Assembly: GCA_964247055.1 (NCBI GenBank)
Contig: OZ176053.1
Coordinates: 5,890,001 to 5,954,000, forward strand
Source: Paragordius varius
Lineage: Eukaryota; Animalia; Nematomorpha
Reading direction: 5' to 3'
DNA length: 64,000 bases
Part shown: one piece after another, positions 52,360 through 63,485 of the stretch
Numbering within the stretch: position 1 is the stretch's first letter
Layout of the letters: each line of letters opens with the position of its first letter
Program-made: the position numbers and the translations under genes
The notes under the pieces: model-generated
Databases searched by the model: none
The model's input: the letters and a program-made list of their open reading frames with translations, nothing else
What the model was told of the DNA's origin: nothing

Positions 52360-54850
52360 TTAAACAACGGAAAAATTATTGTGATTCTTTGCTATTTCTT
52401 TATTTTCCATATATTTCAGTGCATTGGTCTCCACATTTTGTAAATCATACCTATTATTTATCAGGTTATATAGTAACTCATATATGCAAAAAATTGACTA
52501 ATAAATTGATTTGAATATAAAATTGTTATATTTAGCATTAATTTTGATTATATTATCAAAAATTCGCTGCTATATTTTTAATGTTGGTGGTAACTAATTT
52601 TTTTATGCCATAAATCGAATTAAATCAGTATAAAAAGCTTAGGGTAATTTTTTGAAAAACATTTCTCTCTAAAGTTAAGTAAAAAGCAATTAAATCCGTA
52701 TTATTTAAATATTATTTGACAACACCGTTTTTTAGTAAATAACTATAATACTCCAACAAAAATCACTTTGTAAAAAATGTTACCTATAATTTATCATTAA
52801 TCCGAATGATTCTTGCATCCCTTTAGTATTAGGATTAGCCAACCAATTCAATCGATACATTTCAGCTCCGTTTTGTAAATGAAAATTTGCTATATATATA
52901 TGAATAATATAAAACATAACCCTTACCTACAGAGTTTTTGGCATAACCCACATTATCCTTCACATTGGCCAAATAATATTTGCAAATATTATATAGCGTT
53001 TGAGATTCCGCCCTTTTACACTGATTATCATGCAAGATTATATTTTCAAAATCTGAGGAGTTAAATGCCTTAAAAAATATTGGATCAAATCCACATGATT
53101 TAAGTATGGTTTGATTTGTTGGTTTGAGTAACCATGAGCGAAATCCTGGTATAGGGCTAAGGGTACAAAATGTATCTATATTATCGTTATATCGGCTTTG
53201 AATCCATTTTACCGCAGATTTTATGGTGTAATTTCCAAGATTTATCCCTTTAAGGCCTAGAGTGAAATATAAAGTGCCGTCTAAAATATACTTGATAATA
53301 ATTAAAAAATATTCAGTGGGAGAGGTTTAAATAAAAATTATTTTTTACAAAATTTAACTCAAATATGCATTACATCTATCTAGCTGAGCCATGTTATAAA
53401 TCGTTGTGATTTTTCTGAAACAAAATATTTTTTGGCAAAGAAGTTAAGATAAAAATTTGAAGCTTATGTATGAGTCCAAAAAATAAATATACTGATTTTT
53501 CATTCGTTCAATCTTTTTTTTTCTCAAAAACGGCTTATTATATAAATATAAAGCTGTACCTAGATGATTAAATTAGCTCGACTATAGTAGGCGCATTTAT
53601 AAATAAAAATATGGATTTTACTGTATTGAAATGGTATACATGGGATGCATCAAAAATTAGTTTATTAATAATAAATAAACTAGATATGAAATGTAACACT
53701 TTTAAAAAATGTTATTTTGAAAAAATGACATTAAATTTATATGTGTTTTTTTTGCAATTATACGATCGGTGAAACTATCGAGATATAATAAAAATTATTT
53801 TAGTAAGATCAGATGCATCGATAAAGACCCAAATGAAATAAAATTGAAATATAATAATATGTCACTTTGTTCTATGGTTATGAGTTATTTACATGGCTTA
53901 AAAGCGATATTGATACCGGGTTTTACTTAAAATAATTCATCGAAAACCAGTACGGGTATTTTTTTGGTTTTAATTTCAACCGATTTCCCTCCCTATAAGT
54001 TGTATTATTTTGTTGTAATAATATAAAAATACCAGGCTGAGTGGAGGAGATGGAATAAAAGATTGCTGAATTATAAGTTAATGTTTCAGGCAAATTATCG
54101 TATAAAATATCCTAAAATTACACAAACTTTATTACATTAATTTTGGATGGTATGGTTTGAGTTAATACTGCATATAATGCAACAAGAGGTTCTTCAAATG
54201 CATATAATTTATGGCGTAAAACAAAGCAAATTTTATTTTTGTCAGTTAAGCGATTAAAAATATCTGATTTGTCTTTAAATGCATGTACTGATTCAATTTT
54301 AATAAGCTAAAAGATATATAATTCAGAACTTGATTTTGTAAATCAGGGGAAGCGTTTTTATCTACAACCTGTAAATCCAGCATGTATGGTGAAAATGTTA
54401 ACTGAAATATTTTAACAAATATATCTTCTATTATAGATCTATTTTGTCCAACGTATAAATGTGGCTTTGGTTAAATTATTACAAATTTTTACCAAATTAT
54501 TTCTAACATCCAATAAACATTTGTAACCATTTTTACATTTCATCAAATTTATAAAAAAGTTTGAAGTCTTTTGTTAACAAAATCATTCATACTTGATGCA
54601 CATCATTGTTTAGAGTGTTAACAATACCGTTTATCCATTCCTTACGTTGATTCAAATCACCATTCAAATACTTAGTGCAAACTTTATCGCATAAATTCTA
54701 AGTTAAAATAAATAAAACTTCGGAATATATGTTATATTTTGAGTATTGGAGTATTTTATGGACATTTTCGAAAAATATATTATTTTCGCTCAAATTTACA
54801 CAATTTTTCACAACGGTTTGAAAAAAACGTGGGCTTATAGCTGACAGCAT
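52360..54850 (-). CDS. MLYCD: Malonyl-CoA decarboxylase, ~407 aa, 9 exons (absent from the ORF track because its exons are short or lack a start codon)
   Basis: Exons 54719-54850, 54593-54697, 54493-54567, 54330-54464, 54136-54306, 54033-54111, 52927-53256, 52784-52889, 52360-52450 (1224 nt). Diagnostic motifs: ESVH, EEPLVALYAVLT, SAIFYSISSTQPGLKGINLGNYTIK, FCTLSPIPGFRSWL, NSVANFHLQNGAEMYRLNWLAN...SFGLMINYRY. Introns 21, 25, 28, 23, 24, 776, 37 and 333 nt. Confidence 0.92.
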
Positions 54851-54898
54851 TCACATTTCCATAAGATCAAAATTTAATTTTCACAAAGGTGGTGCAGC
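54851..54898. promoter_or_regulatory. 48-bp head-to-head intergenic segment between the MLYCD and CRNKL1 start codons (bidirectional promoter region)
   Basis: MLYCD ATG at 54850-54848 (minus) and CRNKL1 ATG at 54899-54901 (plus). Promoter function is inferred from geometry only. Confidence 0.6.
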
Positions 54899-57800
54899 AT
54901 GGATTCTCGGCCAAGAAAATTACCTAAATCTATGCAAGTTTATAATTTTTTTGTATATGATTAGGTTAAAAACAAAACACCTGCCGAAGTTCAAATCACT
55001 GCAGAACAGCTTTTGAGGGAGGCTAAGGAAAGAGATTTGGAACTTGTACCTCCTCCACCTAAGCAAAAAATTTCGGATCCAGAAGAACTTGAATCATATA
55101 AATTATTTAAACGGAAAACTTACGAAGATGCTATCCGTAGAAATCGAAGCGTCATATCAAATTGGATTAAATATGCTCAATGGGAGGAAAAACAACTTGA
55201 GATTATTAGGTATTATGGTTAATTTATTGATAAGAGTGCATACTGTACCTATGTATTTTACCGTATAATTTGTTTTTATTTTTCTAGGGCAAGATCAATA
55301 TATGAGAGGGCACTCGATGTTGATCATAGGAACGTGACGCTATGGCTAAAATACACTGAAATGGAAATGAAGTAATTTTAATAGCATTAGATATATTATA
55401 TTAGATTTACTATGTATTTTAGATATATACACATAAAAATTGAATTTTTATTAACACAAATTTTAGTATTTTGACTTTTTGAAAAAAACCTTAATTAATA
55501 AATTTTAGGAACAAACAAGTGAATCATGCCCGGAATTTATGGGATCGTGTGGTAACCTTACTGCCTCGTATTAATCAATTTTGGTACAAATACGTGTATA
55601 TGGAAGAGATTTTGGGAAACATTCCACGGGCCCGGCAAGTCTTTGAACGGTGGATGGAATGGCGTCCAGATGAACAGGCCTGGTCAACTTACATCAACTT
55701 TGAGAAAAGACATGGGGAAATTGGAAAGGTGTGCTAATACTACTTCTACTTTTTTATTTCCGTTCCACGCCTTTTTAAAAGCAATTTTTAAACAGATTAA
55801 TGTTAATACACATAATTTTGAATATCATTGTTATATTTCTCAAAAAGAGGTTACACTGTATATTTTAAACTATTAGGGTTTTACTGCGTGACATATATAT
55901 TTTATAATGTAACAGAAAGTCTTAAAGCATTTATTATTAACTTGCATTCCAAGCAATCGACTTTTCAAATCGATATTGATGGAGCTTGTTTGAATACATT
56001 TTATTTGTATCTATAAAAAATGTATTACTATTCTGACAGAGTTTAAATGTCACTGAGTTTTTTAGTATATCTTTTGTATCGTAAATATTTTAGGTAAGAG
56101 ATATATTTGAACGGCTTATTATGGTGCATCCTGAACCCTATAATTGGATTAAATATGCCAAATTTGAGGAACATAATATTAGCAATGAAGATGGTGGGAA
56201 AATGGGCTCAATTCAACGCGCCCGAAATATTTATGAGCGCGCTCTAACTTTCTTTGGCGATGATCAGCTGATTTCGCAAACCGATCCCAAACTTTACATT
56301 GAATTTGCGCGTTTTGAAGAACGATGTAAAGAGGTATTTATATAACTACAGTGAGTTTTTATTCTAAATTTAGCTGTTATTTACATTGAATACCTAATTT
56401 ATAGGGGTTTTTTCATTTTAATTTTGTATAATATTAACACTTTATTAAAAACAATTATTTAAATTTTATTTGATGTGTGCAAGTGCTTATTTCTAAAGTA
56501 TAATACATATCATAACTCTTTAAAGTGGCTTTTAATTTCTGTTAATTTCATTTTCTCATTTATGAAGCCTTGATAAGCGATTATACCATAAATTATATCT
56601 ATTAGTATCATCAGTTTTTTTTTGGTATTTATATATATTTTTATTTTAATTCGTAAAAATCTAACCATTTCACAATTTATAATAAACCTATATCCAATGG
56701 ATTAAAAGAATGAATATTAGAAAATATTAGTAAAATAAAATGGAAACAAAGCGAAATGGTATACTTGCAACATACCCATGCCCATGAAAAAATAATTATT
56801 TTTTGTACTAATAGCGAAAGAAAAACGGAAAGGCATTTTTTGAGTATGTGGTACCAATCATTAACATGCCCTTATTAGGATTAATAAAGGGAAAAATATT
56901 ATTTTTTTTATGATATTACAGTAATGAAGGGTGAATGTTTTATGTTTATCTCAGAAAAAAATTGTTTCCCAATTTTTAATTTTAGTATAATGGATTGCCT
57001 TCTCAATGATATAAGAATGCTTGACAATATTTGTTTTGGAAACTCAACATTAGAGGCCGAACCGATTGTACGAGGTTTTTATGTATTTTATGAATAAGAT
57101 TCAAATGTGATGATTTTAAAAATTTTAGTGACTTATCTCAGCCATTTTTTAGATGATTAATGGCTGTGGTACTCACCAAAAAATTTTCTTTTCCATATAA
57201 AGTTTTTCTATTAAGTTGGCTACACAATAAAACGACTACTAGATTCATATTGTTTATGCATATTTTAATAAATTTATATATCCCGATGCTCAAATAAAAA
57301 CAGTAGCAGAACGAGATCACACAGATGAGCGTTATGCCCGTTCCATTATGGGATATGTTCTAATTTTTGCTTTGCTTTTAGAAAGTTACGACGTTTTTAT
57401 TTTATGCAAAGTAAAATTGTTTATTTAAATACCGCTATTAATATAAAATTATACGCAGCACAGCCCTGTGATTTAAGAAAATATATTATGAAATAAGATA
57501 TTATTTCAGCCTAAAACAACCCCTGTTATAAAAATGAAAATAATATAAAAAAATAAAAATGCATAAAAATATGTTTTGATTATAATTTCAAACCCGAGAT
57601 TAGTTTACGTGATGAGCGACAAATATATAAAAAAAACTGTCACTATGATTGTTTTCATTGCCTAATATTTCTCGCTTCAAAGCATTATTTAATAAAATAT
57701 CATGAAAAAATTAAAATAAATTTTTAAACATTTATTTTTGCATTCATCACATAAACACCCTATTCGGAAGTGTTGTTTTAAATAATTTGTACATCTAGGT

Positions 57801-60800
57801 GTTTTATAATAATAAAATTTGATCATTTCATGAAAAATGTTTGCACTGGGATTCAGTTGAGGAGAATAAGAAGGTAGGAAAACGATCCTTTTCACTTAAT
57901 TCCCTACTTCCGCACCTTTATGGATTGGTGCTTTGTCGCACACAATATCATTGCATCGAGTGTAAAATTCGGTTGGCTTTTCTACAAAAAGGCTTTGAAC
58001 GCTTTCCCATTAAAAGCACGAATTTATTGAATAATGGAGAATAACGCTGATAATAAATAATGACACATTTTTACCTATAATATATTTATATTAAACCTCC
58101 TTGAAAACTGCATAACCCCAAATAATTTTAGGTTTGAATACCCTTTTATTAAGATAATATATCCTAATTAGAGATCTATATTACATATCTGCTCACAGCG
58201 TTTTTGTATATTTTCAATATTTTATTCGCAGGACTCCAAAATACAGTTTCCGCATGATTTTGGATATTTTCATTAGTTTGATTAAGGGATGTTTGCAAAG
58301 CCTTTAAAATTTCAGGTATTTCAACCAACTTTATTAGTTTTGAATTATTATATTTTCCTTCTCTTCCTGTTTTCTTAGATACTTTTCAATGCCTAACTTC
58401 ATAATTCACATTGAACAAAACCTTTTCCATGAAATTAAATTTTATTATTACAAAACACCTAGATGTACAAATTATTTATAACAACATTTCCGAATAGGGT
58501 GTTTATGTCATGAACTCAAAAATAAGTGTTTAAAATTTATTTTTATGATATTTTATTATGCTTGGAAGAGAAAAAAATTAGACAATGTAGATACAGTTTT
58601 TATTAATATTTTTGTCGCTCACCTAAATAATCTTGTGCGTTGGAGGTATTTAAAATTATTATCAAAACATATTTTTATGCATTATATTATTTTCATTTAT
58701 ATAGGAGTTGCTTTAAGTTGAAATAATATCTTATTTTAAGTTATTTTCTTAAATCAATGGGCCGTTTGCAGCTCCGTATTTTATATTAATAGTGGTATAT
58801 AAATAACCAATTTTACCTCGCACAAAATAAAAACGTCATAACTTTATAAAAACAGTGCAAAAATTAGAACATAATAGAGTGGGATTTTACAACGCTCATT
58901 TGTGTAATCTCCTAGTTCCGCTCCTGTTTTTGTTTGAGCATTGGGATACATAAATTTAGTAAAATATGTGTAAACATTCATATGAATCAAATAGTCGTTA
59001 TATTGTGTGGCCAACTTAATACAAAATCTTTATGTGAAAATTAAAATTTTTTGGTGAGTACCGCTGCCATAAATCATCTGAAAAATTGCTGAGATTAATC
59101 TTAAGATCATCAACAATTGAATCTCATTTAGAAATTGCATGAAAACCTTGAACAATCAGTTCAGCCTGTAATATTGAGTTTCCAAAACAAATATTGTCAA
59201 GCATTCTTAAATCATTGAGAAGGCCTAAAATTAAAAATTCGAAAACAATTTTTTATTCAAATCATTTACCCTTAATTAATAATAATAGGGGCATGATAAT
59301 GGTATGGTACCACATACTCAAAAAATGCATTTCTATTTATCTTTCGATATTTATACAAAAAATAATTTTTGTGTAACAATTCGATTCAAATTCGGGTATA
59401 TAAATACCCCAGACCATATTTAAGTTGATATTTTTAAAAAAAACTGCTCAAAAAACGGTCCCAAATTAAATATATGCATCTATTTTAATAAAAAACATAT
59501 AAATAAGCTGAAATATCTAAATAAGATTTAGTTTTGGAGAGTTCCGTATCAAACTCTTTGGACGCCATTTTTATTTTCGGACATTTTTGCAAAATATCGT
59601 GTTTATTTAATTTTTAAGCTAAAATTAGAGCTAATTTTTTATTTAAATCACATCTAACATTGATACAAATAGAAAAAAGGTTTATTTTGTAATTTAGCTA
59701 ACGCACAGATGTCATGACTAAATTTTTACCTTAAAATATGTATTATCAAGTAATTTAAGTGAATTTTTTTTAATTTTCTGTTCATTAATGTTTTACAAGT
59801 GCAAATTTTTGCCATGGTTTTAGTTCTTTCCATATTTTTTAAAGTAATTAAATTTAAACAGGCCTGAGTGTCTAACTACCCCAATTTAAATCAAAAGACT
59901 GAAATGAATGTGTAGTATTCAAGTATTAATGGCATGGGTATGCTTGCAAGTACATTTCCTTTTTATTTTTACTAATATTTCATTTTTTTAACGCGTAATA
60001 CTCATTTCTATAATTCTGATATTCATTCTTTTAATCTACTGTATATATCAAAACCATTCAACAGATATGTTTAATTTATTTTTTAGAAAGGTGAAATTGA
60101 AATGTTAAAGGTAATCAATTGTAAAACTGGTATATTCATTTTAAGACTATGGTACTAATTGTACCTTTAGATTACGAGGTTTTAACGATTCTTAGCAGGA
60201 ATAAAGCACAATTTCCTTATTCCATTAAGCTAAATTATTTTCCATTTCCCGTATGTTAGCATGAAAGAGTTCGCGTTATATATAAATATGCCCTCGAACA
60301 TTTACCCAAAGATGCCAGCACTGAATTGTACAAAGCTTACACGATACATGAAAAAAAATTTGGAGATCGGAGAGCTATAGAGGATGTCGTTACTAATAAA
60401 CGCAGACTCAAATACGAAGAGGTAGGTATTGTTAAAAATTTTGGATATTTTACATTATGATAGCTATATATGATTTCAATATTATTTTTATATAAATTAA
60501 TTCTCTATATATTATATCTCCGCTTATTATGAATCTTTTTGGGTTTGAATGTTTTGTGTTGTCATTTTTTTACTCACAGTTAATAAGTTCAGTATCTTTT
60601 TTAAATAAAAATTTGGAACGTGTACATATAAACGCTCGTTATAAAAAATGAGTAATTAATAGCTATCATATAATTATTTATTTAAATCTTTGGTTTGTTA
60701 AATGTAAAATACATATATAATGAAAAATCTTAAAAATTATTTTGTTTAAATACACAGACTTTTAGCATTTTTTATATTCATTGCTCTACATAAATTTTTA

Positions 60801-63485
60801 GGAAATCGAAAAAGATCCATTAAATTATGATGCATGGTTTGATTTGTTACGGCTTTTGGAATCCGAGGAGTCACATGAAACCGAACTAATTCGTGATAAT
60901 TATGAGAAGGCTATATCAAACATACCACCAATACAAGTTTTTAAATTTATATTATTAGTAATTAAATTTGAAAATTTATTTGCCATTAAATGTAATTATG
61001 ATGGGGAGATAATATTTTTGGGATAGAATCGTTTATTTTAAATAAAAGAGTTTTCGTGATTTTATATATTAACTATTTTTAAGTGATAACTCAAGGGAAA
61101 AATATCTATTTTTGAAATAAAGCATTTCAATTTTTATAAATCAAATTTGGTTTCTTTATTGTTTTTTGTATCACATTTCAAAGGAGAAACGATATTGGAG
61201 GCGTTATATATATCTGTGGATATATTATGCCCTTTTTGAGGAGCTTGAAATGAAAGATGTGGAAAGGACTCGACAAATTTATAAGACATGCCTTCAAGAC
61301 ATAATTCCACACAAAGTATTTACTTTCGCCAAAATTTGGATCATGTATGCCCATTTTGAAATACGACAAAAACAGCTAACAACAGCTCGAAAAATTATGG
61401 TAATTTAATTTTTTTATATCTAAGAATCCGGAGACTTTCGTTTGATTTATATTAAATACATTTTGCTATACTTCAAAAATATAACTTTTATAACTATAAT
61501 CTTGCAAAATGACATTAAAACCGTTTTTATGCCGATTAATAATAGATGCAGTCATTCTGTATTTAAAAATTTAACTATATATTACTTGTTAATTTTTTTC
61601 TAATAATTTTACCAATTAACCATACTATGCAATATATTAATTGTTGCTTACATTTTTCTCATCCTCCATATATATAGGGCCATGCCATAGGCCTATGTCC
61701 AAAAGATAAACTGTTTAAAGCGTACGTGGATTTGGAACTTGAGCTACGTCAATTTGATCGTGCCCGCAAACTGTATGCCAAATGGTTGGAATACAATCCG
61801 GCTTCAGCCACAGTTTGGGTCAAATTTGCTGAACTCGAATGTGTTTTGGGTGACCTTGATCGTTCACGATACTTGTACAATTTAGCTCTGAGGGATGATT
61901 TAAAACTCGTTTTGGATGTACCCGAGTTGGTGTGGAAAGCATTCATTGACATGGAAAGTGAACAGGGTATGTTTATGCGAATAATAAAAAGTCTGAATAT
62001 TATGCATAAGTGTATTGAGAATTTCTCTGTTAACTGATAAATTAAAAGGGATAAATAAAATAATAATTGGAAAGATACAGTTAAAATTTTAATCAAAATC
62101 GTGTATACTAAATCGATATACGAATTATAAAAATCAAATATTTGTATTTTATGATAAGTGCTAAAAGGCACGAAACAGTCTGCCATTATTATCCGCCAAG
62201 ATCAAATATCATTCAAAATACTACTGCGCATAATCATCGCCTATTTTTACATCTTTGTATATGATTAAAAATAATTATAAAATGTATAGGTTATTTTACC
62301 TATTATAGGGGATATAGGTGCCGTACGTGCATTGTATGAGCGTTTACTTCAACGTACATCTCACCTTAAAGTTTGGCTCAGTTATGCCGAATTTGAAAAG
62401 GGACAACTCAAACTAGCTATAAGTCTATCCTCTAATTCCACCAATAATAATAATAATGAAAATCAGGATGGCGAGACCATATCTGAAACCAAATCGAAAT
62501 TATTAGATATTGAAGGTGCTTATGCTCGCCCTCGTGAAATTTATCGGCGAGCAAATACTTTTTTTGCCCGTGAAATGACAAATAATCCAGATCTCATGGC
62601 TCTTAAACAAGACCGATATGCATTGCTTCAAGCATGGAAGAGTTTTGAGGTATATACTATGTTATTTAGGGTCGGCCTATTTATTAATACATTTAAACAA
62701 TTATGATAGTTACTTTTATATGATCTATTTGCCATTTTATATCATAATCAGTATCGAACTCAATTATATGCTCTGTTTGAGAAAATAAAGTAAAACGACA
62801 GTGCCTAACTATATTTAATAAACATCCTCTCATTTTATCTTGTTTGATTTGAAAATTGGAGTTCGACCTCTAACAAAGCCTAATTTAATGACTTGAACGA
62901 AATATTTTTATTTTTTCAGCATTGATAATTTGTATATTACGAATCGATTAGTAACCAGACAAATTATCATAACGGAACTATTATAAATGCATTGGAACAG
63001 CATAAGAATTTAGGGTTTAAAAAATGGCTGGGCCATTAAAAATCAAGACCACCCCCGGTATTGAGAGTTAGTTTTGACGGGTAATACATTCATAACCGTG
63101 ACTGTGACCACTCTTAAAACATACAAAAGAATTTATATACCAATTATCACGTAATATAATATTAATTAATGGTAAAAAATTTACTTACCCTTTATACTTA
63201 ATTATCCAAAAAACTAAATATATAAAAATAAAAACGTAGATGGAGTTTGGAGACAAAGCGAGTCAGGCCAAGATTGAAGAACTGATGCCTCAACGCGTCA
63301 AAAAACGCCGAAGAATCGATGAAGACGAAGAAGATATTGAAGCCCTGGGGGGCATTTCAGGCGCCGCCGCGGCTGTTGCACCCGCTTGGGAGGAATATTA
63401 TGATTATGTGTTTGATGCACAAACTAACCAACAACCAAACCTTAAACTGCTGGAATTGGCTAAGAAATGGAAAAAACAAATTTGA
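54899..63485 (+). CDS. CRNKL1: Crooked neck-like protein 1 (Clf1/Syf3, HAT-repeat NTC splicing factor), 11 exons
   Basis: Exons 54899-54937, 54965-55209, 55288-55371, 55509-55728, 56094-56333, 60260-60421, 60802-60936, 61184-61399, 61678-61966, 62309-62649, 63240-63485. [36 protein letters not shown]...[10 protein letters not shown]...NYDAWFD...[12 protein letters not shown]...WEEYYDYVF...[16 protein letters not shown] is unmistakably crooked neck. Confidence 0.97.
56695..60041. mobile_element. Outer Tc1/mariner-like TIR element (~110-bp diverged inverted ends) in CRNKL1 intron 5, containing nested insertions
   Basis: Left caatggattaaaagaatgaatattag...tacttgcaacatacccatgccc is the reverse complement of right ggcatgggtatgcttgcaagta...atattcattcttttaatctactg|ta. 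Confidence 0.6.
57136..59095 (-). mobile_element. Long-TIR (~700 bp) element with an IS630/Tc1-type transposase remnant
   Basis: About 57136-57843 and 58410-59095 are reverse complements (e.g. cctattcggaagtgttg...gtacatctaggtgtttt vs aaaacacctagatgtac...caacatttccgaatagg). The core reads on minus [11 protein letters not shown]...[36 protein letters not shown], the DN-x2-IH...LP-x-YSP-x-LNP DDE motif. Confidence 0.8.

Noticed and set aside
52879-53064. + strand 61-aa ORF
   Set aside because: Antisense to MLYCD exon 7, which is the real coding frame.
51602-54964. Stop-codon reassignment or readthrough as an explanation for the in-frame TAG/TAA inside the tiny inserts
   Set aside because: The 23-, 25- and 28-nt inserts also shift the frame, all inserts are bounded by GT...AG, and real genes here end normally in TAA and TGA (the gag-pol ORF in TAG).
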